From contig JBFWJS010000003.1 in the NCBI GenBank assembly GCA_050253075.1, forward strand, positions 341,458-405,457: a stretch of 64,000 nucleotides of DNA, read 5' to 3'. The notes below the pieces were generated by a model. That model saw nothing but the letters and a program-made list of their open reading frames with translations, did no database searches and was not told the DNA's origin. Shown here piece by piece: positions 47,052-56,658 of the stretch. The first letter of the stretch is position 1, and every line of letters begins with the position of its first letter. Source of the DNA: Deferribacterales bacterium. GTDB lineage: Bacteria > Chrysiogenota > Deferribacteres > Deferribacterales > Geovibrionaceae. Both the position numbers and the translations under genes were made by a program.

Positions 47052-48404
47052 ATGGCTCGGGTTGCTTTCGTAAGCAACGGGTTACGCACGGCTCTATTCA
47101 AAGCCGTAGCAGACAATCTGTCCGCCTCGGGGCATGAGATATTCTGGATTATCACAGGCTCTGATGAGGTGAAGTCTATTGTTGCGCCTTATTCTCATGT
47201 CTTAGATATTTCAATCATTACAGATACTTCCGAAGAATCTTTACAGCTTCTTGATAAATATTCAGAGATATCCGTGAATGGCATCATCGCATCAGACAGG
47301 ATACTTTCTAAAAAGGATGCGGACTTTGCCCATAGGTATCTTGCGAGCTGTTTCAGCAATATTCATGACTTTATCATCAGTAATAAAATAGAGATCGTTT
47401 TCGGCGAGGCGACATGGGCAAATGAGCTTGTGTGTGCTGCTGTGTGCCGCATGTGCAGTACCCCTTATCTGGCGCCGTCTACTGTGCGTCATCCGTCGGA
47501 TAGGTTCGCATTTTTCGAAGGTGTCTTTCAGAGCCGCCCTGCAGGAAGGGCTGAAACGATAGATATAAGCAAGGGGAGAGAGCTGTATGCGAAATTTATG
47601 GCCGGTACGGCAAAGCCTTTTTATATGCTGAGACCAAAGAAGAATAATCTTAAACTGCTGATAAAACATATCAAAAGACACATTAGAATGGACGTGTACG
47701 ATATGACCGTGCCGTCATTATACAAACTTATAGCTGATAAGGTGCGCACTGCTGTGTCTGTTTACCCATCGTCGGGTATGCCGAAAGGGCGGTATGTTTA
47801 TATGCCTCTGCATGTATCGCCGGAGGCCTCCGTAGATGTGCTGGGCGGGTTTCATATGGATGCTGTTGCTTTCGTGTCGAATGTTTCCAGAGCCCTGCCT
47901 TACGGTGTGGAGCTGGCTGTGAAAGGGCATCCGAACCAGATGCAGCCGACTAAATTTTATAAAGCTATAAGTAGAATACCTTCGGTCAGGCTGGTGGATA
48001 AGTGTGCCGACAGTATTGGGCTGATAAAGGATGCCGAAGCTGTGGTCTCCGTGAGCGGGACTGCATGTTATGAAGCGGGGCTTTTGGGTGTGCCCGCGTT
48101 TACATTTGCCGATATGTTTTTTAACCTGTTACCCTCTGTTAAAAAGTGTACCTCTTATGAAGAATTATACAGTGTTTTAAAAAATTTAAGCAAAGATGAA
48201 AACTGCACTGAGAGCGCAATAGCGTTTCTCAGCAGTCTGTATGGTTTAACTTATAAAGGATATGCAGAGTCGGAAACAGTCTTCGCCGATGCTCTGAGTG
48301 AACAGAACATCAGCGACGTGACTGCGGGATTTATTGATATTATTGAGTTTTATTCTTCGTCGAAGTCTGCGACAGCGGCTTCTATGTGTTCCAGATTTAT
48401 CTGA
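47052..48404 (+). CDS. Capsular polysaccharide biosynthesis/modification protein (KpsS-like GT-B)
   Basis: YMPLHVSPEAS, VKGHP and SGTACYEAGLLGVP motifs. Confidence 0.65.
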   Translation: MARVAFVSNGLRTALFKAVADNLSASGHEIFWIITGSDEVKSIVAPYSHVLDISIITDTSEESLQLLDKYSEISVNGIIASDRILSKKDADFAHRYLASCFSNIHDFIISNKIEIVFGEATWANELVCAAVCRMCSTPYLAPSTVRHPSDRFAFFEGVFQSRPAGRAETIDISKGRELYAKFMAGTAKPFYMLRPKKNNLKLLIKHIKRHIRMDVYDMTVPSLYKLIADKVRTAVSVYPSSGMPKGRYVYMPLHVSPEASVDVLGGFHMDAVAFVSNVSRALPYGVELAVKGHPNQMQPTKFYKAISRIPSVRLVDKCADSIGLIKDAEAVVSVSGTACYEAGLLGVPAFTFADMFFNLLPSVKKCTSYEELYSVLKNLSKDENCTESAIAFLSSLYGLTYKGYAESETVFADALSEQNISDVTAGFIDIIEFYSSSKSATAASMCSRFI

Positions 48405-49237
48405 TACGCTTCGAAAAGTGCGGCTTTCGCCTCATCCGGTGATACGTGGAACCCTGCCACGACTATCTCTGAGCGGTGTTTCAGCTTTGCGCTGTAGAGG
48501 TCGTGTTCCTCTGTGGACTGCTCGTCAAAGTTTTTACCTGTTACCTTCAGCTTACCTGCGAAGCTCTCGCCGAGAACGGTTTTTACAAACTTCCTCACGA
48601 GGTCTTTGTCCAGCGAGCCCTTTCCGTGCCCCATGGATACTGTGAGGTCCAGCTTCAGGCCTTTGAGCGTGTCGAGCATTTCAAAGTTTTTACCGTATTC
48701 ACTGTCTAATACATTATGTACGAAGTCTACTGCGGGGGCTTCCATGCTGATCTGCAGCTTGCGGTAGACCTCCCATTGTGTGACCTGATCGTATGCGTTG
48801 TTTATGAATATGGGGCTGATGCCTGCGGACTGGTCGTCTGTGAGCCAGCGGGCGAAATCTGCGAAGCCTGATGCGCCGGGGCCGAATCCGCCGGAGAACA
48901 TCACCACACATTGCTGTATCGGGTCTATCAGTCCATAGCTGATGTCGCCGAGCATACCTCCCTCTAGAGGGGCTTCGTGTATGTCTCCTTCACGGTTGAA
49001 CCATACGGGGAGGAACTGTTTCTCCTTTAACAGGCTGACAAAGTGCAGCTTTCTGTCGGAGAGCTCAATCGGCTCGAAGATCTTAAACATCAGCTCTGTG
49101 GAGCGTCCGTCGAAAAAGCCGAAGTCCATCCCGCCCTCTGAAAGGGTGGTGAGCTTGTCGTCTAGGTCGTGGTAAAAAATCTCTTCGGCTGCTTCGAGCC
49201 TGAAGTAGTTTATGGTTACTGTTTTTCTTTCTGACAT
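48350..49237 (-). CDS. Hypothetical protein (possibly DUF6731/DUF4747-like)
   Basis: 295-aa ORF with typical codon use; N-terminal K.V..NYF motif; the family call is a weak recollection. Confidence 0.55.
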   Translation of the reverse strand: MSERKTVTINYFRLEAAEEIFYHDLDDKLTTLSEGGMDFGFFDGRSTELMFKIFEPIELSDRKLHFVSLLKEKQFLPVWFNREGDIHEAPLEGGMLGDISYGLIDPIQQCVVMFSGGFGPGASGFADFARWLTDDQSAGISPIFINNAYDQVTQWEVYRKLQISMEAPAVDFVHNVLDSEYGKNFEMLDTLKGLKLDLTVSMGHGKGSLDKDLVRKFVKTVLGESFAGKLKVTGKNFDEQSTEEHDLYSAKLKHRSEIVVAGFHVSPDEAKAALFEAYQINLEHIEAAVADFDEE

Positions 49238-49313
49238 TTCATTATTCCTTGAGTTTGTGGAAACCTATCTTATACTATCACTTATCTAATGCAAACGATT
49301 TTTGAGGTGATTT

Positions 49314-49607
49314 ATGAGTGCTATGGCTTTTGTTTCCATCACACCCCTCGGCGACGGCGAATCTGTCTCTCAGTATGTTTCCAGAGCGGTGAAGGTCATC
49401 AAAGAGAGCGGGCTAGACTGGCAGCTCACCCCTATGGGCACAGTGCTGGAAGGGGACAAGCTCGAGGATGTGCTCAGCGTCATAAATAAGGCCGCAGAGA
49501 TCCTCGAAGAGTGCAACAGGATATCTATATCCATAAAGATAGACTACCGCAGAAACCGTGAAGGCGGACTGGAGAAGAAGGTTAAGTCTGTTATGGAGAA
49601 ACTGTAG
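49314..49607 (+). CDS. MTH1187/YkoF family thiamine-binding protein
   Basis: SITPLG..SVSQYV, LTPMGTVLEG and KIDYR...KVKSV motifs. Confidence 0.9.
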   Translation: MSAMAFVSITPLGDGESVSQYVSRAVKVIKESGLDWQLTPMGTVLEGDKLEDVLSVINKAAEILEECNRISISIKIDYRRNREGGLEKKVKSVMEKL

Positions 49608-49638
49608 GTTATTAATAAAGCCTATTTGAAGTATCCGG

Positions 49639-49665
49639 TAAAGTGATCAGTGCTTGTGCCGATAT
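49639..49665 (+). promoter_or_regulatory. Sigma28 (FliA) promoter
   Basis: TAAA-N15-GCCGATAT, near-consensus with exact spacing. Confidence 0.7.
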
Positions 49666-49703
49666 AATATACATATCCCTTTATCTCCATATAAGAGGTA
49701 TGC

Positions 49704-49886
49704 ATGAAAGCGGAGCACGCCACATACGGCACACACGAACACTTTTCTGAAAGAGTGCAGGAACTTAAAAAGGTTCTTGAACGCCTGCATAAGCATGGTT
49801 CCGCTGTGCAGTCTCACTGGGATAACCTTAACAGCATCGTTCAGGAGATGGAAAACACTCTGGCGAAGCTGGCTCCCGCCGACTGA
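49704..49886 (+). CDS. Small helical hypothetical protein (60 aa)
   Basis: RBS GAGGT; sigma28 promoter upstream; coiled-coil-like sequence. Confidence 0.55.
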   Translation: MKAEHATYGTHEHFSERVQELKKVLERLHKHGSAVQSHWDNLNSIVQEMENTLAKLAPAD

Positions 49887-50099
49887 TATGTCACGCCCTG
49901 CACACTTTTGAAGTGCTGCAGGATTTTTTATGGACACTCCTTTGCATCTCACTGCACCAGTTGAGGAAAAATATTCCCCCGTTTTTACACACTTCACATC
50001 TTAAGACCGTCAAACAACAGTTTTTGTGGTAATTATTTCCCGAAAAAACTGGCACGCGCCTTGTTATACATATCCTGAGTAGAGAAACAGGAGCATATA

Positions 50100-50504
50100 A
50101 TGGCATCTACAGCAGTAAACGGACAGGACTTTATGTATGGCGGCGGCTTCAAGGGAAGCGTTGCTTATGCAGCACCTGACGAGCAGATCCTTGACAGGGT
50201 CTACGACTTTCCCGAAGCACTGCCGGAGAAAGCTATGGATATGCTGGTCGATATGGCATGTGACGACAACGTCTCAAACAGAGAGATGGACTATATATAC
50301 TTCACAGTCGTTACGCTGCCGCTGATGGCTACATCGGGCATGTTTAAAGACCAGAAAGACTGGTTCCTCAAAGAGAACAGATGCAGTTTCAAAGACTACA
50401 TCAGATACAGGGTGAACAAGCTGAATCACATGGCCACACAGGGATACGATGCAAAATTCTGCGAGCGTATCAGACAGCTTCTGTGGCGTTTCTCCGTGAT
50501 TTAG
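50100..50504 (+). CDS. Hypothetical protein
   Basis: RBS AGGAG; imperfect sigma54 site TGGCACGCGCCTTGTT at 50050-50065. Confidence 0.65.
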   Translation: MASTAVNGQDFMYGGGFKGSVAYAAPDEQILDRVYDFPEALPEKAMDMLVDMACDDNVSNREMDYIYFTVVTLPLMATSGMFKDQKDWFLKENRCSFKDYIRYRVNKLNHMATQGYDAKFCERIRQLLWRFSVI

Positions 50505-50684
50505 CCCTTTAAATTTGGCGTCGAAAGCGTGATTTATTCACGTTATACTGTCCTGGGGGTGCATTAGTGGTGTGCCCCCTATAAATTCCTTGATATTCAA
50601 ACTCTTCAGTAAAATTCCAATTCTGCCTTAAAGTTAATCGTATTTTATGGTTAAATGGTTCTAATGATTTATCGGAGTTGAGAT

Positions 50685-51095
50685 ATGAAATATTCGGGAT
50701 CCTGTCTTTGCGGGAAGGTGACATTTGAAGTAGACGGCGAGTTTGAGAACTTCTTCTTTTGCCATTGTGAGCACTGCCGAAAGGATACGGGCTCGGCACA
50801 TGCGGCAAACCTTTTTTCATCCTCGGCAAAGCTGAAGTGGCTTTCGGGAGAGGATGCCGTCAAAACATTCGATTATAAATCCAGTGGTCATATAAAGAGT
50901 TTCTGCACGGAGTGCGGTTCGGCTATGCCGAATATTCAGATGAACGGTGCTCTGCTGGTCGTCCCTGCGGGCAGTTTGGATGTTGATATCAACATAAAGC
51001 CCGACGGGCATATATTCTGCGCCAATAGGGCGAACTGGGATAATGAGCTGGAAAAAGTTCAGAAGTTTGACAAGCTCCCCGACTTTTCAGAATAA
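50685..51095 (+). CDS. GFA (CENP-V) family Zn-binding protein
   Basis: GSCLCG, CHCEHCRK and FCTECGS motifs. Confidence 0.92.
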   Translation: MKYSGSCLCGKVTFEVDGEFENFFFCHCEHCRKDTGSAHAANLFSSSAKLKWLSGEDAVKTFDYKSSGHIKSFCTECGSAMPNIQMNGALLVVPAGSLDVDINIKPDGHIFCANRANWDNELEKVQKFDKLPDFSE

Positions 51096-51982
51096 AGTAT
51101 AAAATCGGCAAAACACTCATCAACACATTCAGAATTGCAGTCGGTGCGGATATTTCCGCTCTTTTCACAAGGAGAGCAGGGGAGGTTGCTTTGTACCGTG
51201 ACGGCATTTGTATTCATCGGCAGGACTATCTGCGGGTCTGTGGCGGTGAATATGCCTATGGTCTTTGTATCTGTGCATAAAGCCAGATGCAGAAGCCCGC
51301 TGTCGTTCCCTATGAAGAGCTTTGCGCCGTTTATGATGTGATAGGCATCGTCCAGAGATGTCTTGCCGCACAGGTCTGTTATGCCTGTCCCTGTGATTTT
51401 CGGCGAGTCCTCCTCAGTGCCTATCAGCACTATGTTACCGCTCAGTCTATTTATCAGTTCTGCATATCCTTTCCATCTTCTCTGCGGTGTGCTTTGCTTC
51501 GTATTTTGTCCGCCTCCGCAGGCTATGCATATGTATTCATCAGGCAGTGTGTGGCTGCACTCATTTTGCGGGTGGTATTCAGGCTTTGCACTGCCGGATA
51601 CGTTCATGCATGCCATTGCTCTTTCGTATCTGTTCCCTTCGCTGCGGAGAGTATATTTTTCCATAATTCCTGCAATGTCGGCAACGAGCTCCCATTTGCT
51701 GTCTTCGTGCATTATGAAGCATTTATCGAGCTTTCGCATAGTATAGGCAAGTTTGAGCGTTTCGATCGTTTTAGAGGCTGAGGAGCCTTGATATATAGTC
51801 GTGTCGCTGAAGGTTATGATGTCGGATATGTATGGGTTGGCTCTAAGGACGTGTGCATAGGTATCACCGCATATAAGAGTGAGTTTTTCATCAGGGTGCG
51901 TTTCTGCGTATAGCTTTATAGCGGGGGTGATGGAGATAAGGTCGCCTATTGCTCCTGCCCGCAGGATGCCTGTGTTTATCAT
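51059..51982 (-). CDS. Glycosyltransferase family 9 (heptosyltransferase-like)
   Basis: GAIGD, DLCGKTSL, GNDSGLLHLA and CSPC motifs. Confidence 0.9.
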   Translation of the reverse strand: MINTGILRAGAIGDLISITPAIKLYAETHPDEKLTLICGDTYAHVLRANPYISDIITFSDTTIYQGSSASKTIETLKLAYTMRKLDKCFIMHEDSKWELVADIAGIMEKYTLRSEGNRYERAMACMNVSGSAKPEYHPQNECSHTLPDEYICIACGGGQNTKQSTPQRRWKGYAELINRLSGNIVLIGTEEDSPKITGTGITDLCGKTSLDDAYHIINGAKLFIGNDSGLLHLALCTDTKTIGIFTATDPQIVLPMNTNAVTVQSNLPCSPCEKSGNIRTDCNSECVDECFADFILYSEKSGSLSNF

Positions 51983-52149
51983 AGGACGATATTATATTAT
52001 CTGAGTGTGTTTAGACCAGTAAAAAGAGCGGAGTTAGATTAGAGAAGTAAGGCCTTAGAGGGATTTAGACCTGTACTGTCACTGTTCCTGAAACAAATAA
52101 ACCGGAGCCGTTTCCAGCCCCGGTCTTTTATTATATATAATCAGGAATA

Positions 52150-52419
52150 TTAGGCAGTTTTTACAGCATTAAGTCTGAGAGTCAGTCTGGAAACTCTTCT
52201 GGAAGCTTGAGCTTTGTGTATAACGCCTTTCTGGCCAGTTTTAGCAACTGCCTTTACAGCGTCAGTGTAAGCCTTTTCTGCTGCTGCTACATCGTTAGCG
52301 TCAGCTGCTGCGTAGAACTTCTTAACGAGAGTTCTCATCTTAGATTTGTAAGCCTTGTTCCTGAGATTCCTTTTTTCACTTTGACGTATTCTCTTGTTTG
52401 CAGAGAGCGTATGAGCCAC
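52150..52419 (-). CDS. rpsT: 30S ribosomal protein S20
   Basis: MAHTLSANKRIRQSEKRNLRN...KGVIHK..ASRRVSRL. Confidence 0.97.
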   Translation of the reverse strand: MAHTLSANKRIRQSEKRNLRNKAYKSKMRTLVKKFYAAADANDVAAAEKAYTDAVKAVAKTGQKGVIHKAQASRRVSRLTLRLNAVKTA

Positions 52420-52573
52420 TTCTTCACCTCGTATATTTTTGTGAGCAGTAGAGACTACCAGAAAGGGGTATGCCTGTCAAGAGGGTAAGTGCAAATTTTT
52501 GTACTTAATATACCTTGCTATAAGGCTGTCCTAATGCTAAATTTCATGAAAAATATATACTGGGAAGTTTAAA

Positions 52574-52903
52574 ATGAAAAGAACATTTATTCTGATGGCT
52601 GTACCTTTTTTTATGATCTCCTGCGGGGGTAATACAGCACAAAGTGTACAGGCGCCGGATGTAGCTGCTTATCAGGCTGTAGAGCTCACTTCCAAGAGCA
52701 ATTCAGACCGTATACTCACACTCGAGCGTGAGCTGGATACAGCGAAAAAAGATATAGCAACACTTCAGGTGCAGAACAGACAGCTTGCAGACAGCTATGA
52801 CGGCATGGTAGAGCTCTTTAAAGAGCACAGGAATCTGACGCTGAAACTCATTCAGCAGATGATGCAGGTAACTCCTCCTGCGGCGGAAGAAGAGCAGAAA
52901 TAA
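52574..52903 (+). CDS. Coiled-coil lipoprotein
   Basis: Lipobox ISC; heptad-rich body. Confidence 0.7.
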   Translation: MKRTFILMAVPFFMISCGGNTAQSVQAPDVAAYQAVELTSKSNSDRILTLERELDTAKKDIATLQVQNRQLADSYDGMVELFKEHRNLTLKLIQQMMQVTPPAAEEEQK

Positions 52904-53080
52904 ACGCCCGTTAAAGCAAGATGTGGATTCTATAGTCTGATACGTCACTGCGAAGCATACGGGGCTGTGGCACCGGCTGAAAGCTGTACGAATCCATGAA
53001 CGGTAATCAACGAGCTGGTCTTGAGGATATCTTTACGCTAAGATTGCTTCATGTTCGTTAACAATGACGAATGACGACAT

Positions 53081-53113
53081 AAAAAAAGGCGTATGCTGCT
53101 GCATACGCCTTTA
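53081..53113 (-). terminator. Intrinsic terminator, possibly bidirectional
   Basis: AAAAAAAGGCGTATGC-TGCT-GCATACGCCTTT. Confidence 0.75.
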
Positions 53114-53138
53114 TTATTTTATGACCAAATGTTAAATC

Positions 53139-53468
53139 TTAACCACAAGTCTCAGGCTGATCTGAGTCAGCAGCGTGATCGAAGAGATATCTGAAAACAT
53201 CCTGCATGTCTTCTTGAGACTGGATGCCTTCCCATTTACCGCCGCAAGGAAGTTTTGCTGGGTTTGTGAATGCATCTTTCCACTGAGCCTGTGTGCGAGT
53301 AGCAGCACCAGCTTTAGCGCTGAGTTTTGTACCGTCTGCACATTTTGTGTGGTATCTTTTCCAAAGTCTTTTACCTTTTCTACCGTCACCAGCGTTGAAA
53401 TCCATAGCGAACACGTTTGTAGCCATGAAAACAACAGCGAGTACAACAAGCATAGCTTTCTTGAACAT
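53139..53468 (-). CDS. Exported cytochrome-c-like protein lacking the CxxCH motif
   Basis: Signal peptide; GDGRKGK, TQAQW and YLFDHAADSDQPETCG resemble small monoheme cytochromes found near DUF3373 genes, but the heme site reads YHTKCAD. Confidence 0.65.
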   Translation of the reverse strand: MFKKAMLVVLAVVFMATNVFAMDFNAGDGRKGKRLWKRYHTKCADGTKLSAKAGAATRTQAQWKDAFTNPAKLPCGGKWEGIQSQEDMQDVFRYLFDHAADSDQPETCG

Positions 53469-53783
53469 ATCAACTCTCCTTACTAAAACCAAATTAAATT
53501 GGTGTTTGTTTGAGGGTAATGTAGCACCTGATTTTTTTTATTTCAAGGGATTTTTGTATATTGTATACAATTTTCTGTATATTTTATTATTGGAGTATAT
53601 GTGTGTAAATATTAAATTGTTAGCATTGGATTTTTCGACTAAAATTATCCAGATTTCAGTAAACCTTGCTATGACAATAATGTAAAATAAGACAGAAAAT
53701 GTATCTTTCAGTTAGATTCCTTTGACAACGTGTAATTATTCACGGTATCTTTAATTATTGCATGCTAGATTGTGGAGGCGCAT

Positions 53784-54371
53784 ATGAAAAACGCAAAGTA
53801 TTTTGTATTATTTGCAGCATTGGTTCTAATCATTACAGTGCCTGTTGTGGGATTTTCTGAGGCTTCTGTTTCGGACGGGGAGAGGCTTGGCAAGACCTGT
53901 GCAGGCTGTCACGGAACATTCGGCAACACACCCGGTGAATATATCGGCAAGATCGGCGGACAGGGTGAAGCATATCTTTCGAAAGTCCTTAAAAGTTTTG
54001 CCGCAGGTGAAAGACCCGGCTCTATCGAAATGTCCATTATGGCTAAGGGCTATCAGACAGAACAGCTCGAATCCATCGCAATGTATTATGCCGCTCAGAA
54101 GTGGGTGAGCTCTACTAATGAAGTGGACGCTGCCAAAGCTGAAATGGGCGGAGCAATCTCTGCGGAGAACGGCTGCCTTGACTGTCACGGCGCAAACGGT
54201 GTCGGCATGGACGAATACCCTCGTATCGGTGGACAAAACAAAGGCTACCTCTTTGAGGTGCTTAAGCGCTACCGTGCAGGCCAGATAAAAGCTGACGAGA
54301 TGAACATGGTCGCAGATTTCAGTGACGAACAGCTCGAAGCTCTCGCAAACTATCTGACAAGTCTTAAGTAA
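53784..54371 (+). CDS. fccA: Diheme cytochrome c subunit of flavocytochrome c
   Basis: Signal peptide; CAGCH and CLDCH; directly upstream of an FccB-like gene. Confidence 0.8.
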   Translation: MKNAKYFVLFAALVLIITVPVVGFSEASVSDGERLGKTCAGCHGTFGNTPGEYIGKIGGQGEAYLSKVLKSFAAGERPGSIEMSIMAKGYQTEQLESIAMYYAAQKWVSSTNEVDAAKAEMGGAISAENGCLDCHGANGVGMDEYPRIGGQNKGYLFEVLKRYRAGQIKADEMNMVADFSDEQLEALANYLTSLK

Positions 54372-54383
54372 GAGGGGGATAAT

Positions 54384-55691
54384 ATGAGCATTTCCAGAAG
54401 AGATTTCATAAAATATACATCTGCCGCTGTTGCAGGCAGTGCTGTTTTCGGCTGTAAAAAGTCTGCTGACGAAGCGACTGCAAAGTCGACAGGTATCATC
54501 ATGCCCAAGACAGGTAAGAGGATTGTTGTCCTCGGCGGAGGGTGGGGCGGTGCTACCGCTGCCAAATATATAAAGCTGGAGGATCCGTCCATAGATGTTG
54601 TTATGGTTGAAAGACAGGAGAAGTTCATCTCCTGCCCTGTGAGCAACTGGGTAATCGGTGGATTTCGTAAAATGTCCGACATCACACTCGGCTATGAGCA
54701 GCTCGCAAAGAATTACGGTGTTAAAATACTCACCACCGAAGCTAGAGAGCTTGATGTCGAAGGCAAAAAGCTGAAAACAGACGCAGGTATCCTTGAGTAC
54801 GACCTTATACTCGTTTCACCGGGTATCTCATATAAATATGAGATGATCGAAGGGCTGAACAATCCTGAGGCCATAAAGATGTTCCCTGCTGCTATGAAGG
54901 CAGGTGTTGAGACAGTTATCCTTGCGGAGAAGCTGGCCGCAATGAAACCCGGCGGGTCTGTGCTTGTTGCCGTACCGCCGAAGCCTTACAGATGCCCTCC
55001 CGGACCTTACGAAAGAGTCTCGCTCATTGCGAACTATCTTAAAAAGAATAAGCCCGGGTCTAAGCTCTTTGTATTCGACTCCAACGATGATGTCGTTTCC
55101 AAAGGGCCTCTTTTCAAAGCTGCGTGGAAGGACTATTACAGTGACATTATAGAATATGTACCTGACAACTTTATCAAGTCTGTAGACGCTGCCACCGGCA
55201 AGATAGTTTCCGAACAGGGTGAGATAACCCCTGATGTGGCAAACATCATCCCCGCTATGAAGGCAAACCAGACAGCATTCGACCTCGGTCTTATGGATAA
55301 AGAGGACGATGACTGGGTTAGGGCTTATCCTAAGACTTTCGAGTCCTATAAATACGACACGGTACATGTTATCGGTGATGCGACACACAACGGAGCAGTG
55401 GGCGGCGTGCCTAAATCAGGCTATGTGGCAAACTCCATGGCAAAGGTTGCTGCGGTTCAGATGGTTAAAAAGCTGAACGGACAGGAATACATCGACCCTA
55501 CATATGTAAACACATGTTACTCTCTCGTTAATGAAGAAGAGGGAATATTCGTATCCGCAGTTTACTATTATGACCCTGCGATCGACAGAATCAGGTCACT
55601 TTCCGGTGGAGTTTCACCCACAAGAAATGCTCTTTTCGGAAAGCATGCTCAGGATTGGGCTACAAGCATATGGAGTGACATGCTCATTTAG
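54384..55691 (+). CDS. fccB: Flavocytochrome c sulfide dehydrogenase flavoprotein
   Basis: Tat signal SRRDFIK; GGGWGGATAA, SCPVSN, RCPPGPYER, IGDA, PKSG and NTCYS motifs. Confidence 0.9.
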   Translation: MSISRRDFIKYTSAAVAGSAVFGCKKSADEATAKSTGIIMPKTGKRIVVLGGGWGGATAAKYIKLEDPSIDVVMVERQEKFISCPVSNWVIGGFRKMSDITLGYEQLAKNYGVKILTTEARELDVEGKKLKTDAGILEYDLILVSPGISYKYEMIEGLNNPEAIKMFPAAMKAGVETVILAEKLAAMKPGGSVLVAVPPKPYRCPPGPYERVSLIANYLKKNKPGSKLFVFDSNDDVVSKGPLFKAAWKDYYSDIIEYVPDNFIKSVDAATGKIVSEQGEITPDVANIIPAMKANQTAFDLGLMDKEDDDWVRAYPKTFESYKYDTVHVIGDATHNGAVGGVPKSGYVANSMAKVAAVQMVKKLNGQEYIDPTYVNTCYSLVNEEEGIFVSAVYYYDPAIDRIRSLSGGVSPTRNALFGKHAQDWATSIWSDMLI

Positions 55692-55722
55692 TATCGATAA
55701 TTGTTCTTTATTATTAGATATT

Positions 55723-55755
55723 AAGAGAGGAGGCAAAATGTCTCCTCTCTTTTTT
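55723..55755 (+). terminator. Intrinsic terminator after fccB
   Basis: AAGAGAGGAGGCA-AAA-TGTCTCCTCTCTT followed by T's. Confidence 0.7.
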
Positions 55756-55858
55756 ATTGTATACAATATACATTTTTCGCTCAAAATCCCTTTACAAATC
55801 TTTTAAAAAAAAATATATTCAGTAAAGATAACAGATTAGTGCGGACAGGTTTATTGTA

Positions 55859-56554
55859 ATGTTTATATATACTGATTTTAAAATGAACGTGATCGAAAAA
55901 AAGTTTGACGAGGCAAAGGCTTTGCTTGCTGATGTTCAGGTGGATGCAGAGACCTTCAGTGCCCTCTCAAATGTCTCCATGTTCCTGTCTCTTGTATTCA
56001 GATATCCTGACGACGACATTTATGACACACTTTCAGATAACTTTGACGCATTTAAAGACTTTATTTCAGATTATTCAGATGTTAATCCTGCCCTTTATGA
56101 TCAGACAGAGATGGAAAGCGACTACATTATGCTTTTCGAGCAGGATATGAATCACAAGCCCGTTGTTCCATATATCTCATACTTTACAGAAGAAAACAAA
56201 ATGCTCTATGGCAAGAGTACTTTCAAGATAAGAGAATGGATGGCTAGCGAGGGTTTCGCCCTTGAGAGTGACGTGACAGAGCTCGAAGACCACATCTATA
56301 TTGTGCTCGAGTTTATGTCTATGGTCTTTAGAAATCTCTCTGAGCCTGAAAATATCGAGAAGTGGTATGCGTCTCTGCATAACATTTATAATCTTCTTGA
56401 TAACTACGGTCCTGTAATAGCAAACGACTTCGCCTCTGCTGTTGCCGAGCGTGATGATAAGCCATTTTACAGAGACTTTGCCAAGATCCTTTCTGCTTTT
56501 GTTAAAGATATAGATCCTATCCTGGAGGACATCTTTACAGGAAGCGGAGAGTAA
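55859..56554 (+). CDS. TorD/DmsD family molybdoenzyme chaperone
   Basis: Y..LF, PYISYF and ELEDHI...LEFM motifs; lies near a molybdoenzyme operon. Confidence 0.8.
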   Translation: MFIYTDFKMNVIEKKFDEAKALLADVQVDAETFSALSNVSMFLSLVFRYPDDDIYDTLSDNFDAFKDFISDYSDVNPALYDQTEMESDYIMLFEQDMNHKPVVPYISYFTEENKMLYGKSTFKIREWMASEGFALESDVTELEDHIYIVLEFMSMVFRNLSEPENIEKWYASLHNIYNLLDNYGPVIANDFASAVAERDDKPFYRDFAKILSAFVKDIDPILEDIFTGSGE

Positions 56555-56658
56555 GTAAGGACACATTAGAGGACAAATCTCAACGGCCCTCTATAAGCTC
56601 GTTTATCACTGTACATACAGGCAGTGCATAGACCCATATAAATACTAAGGAGTATTGT

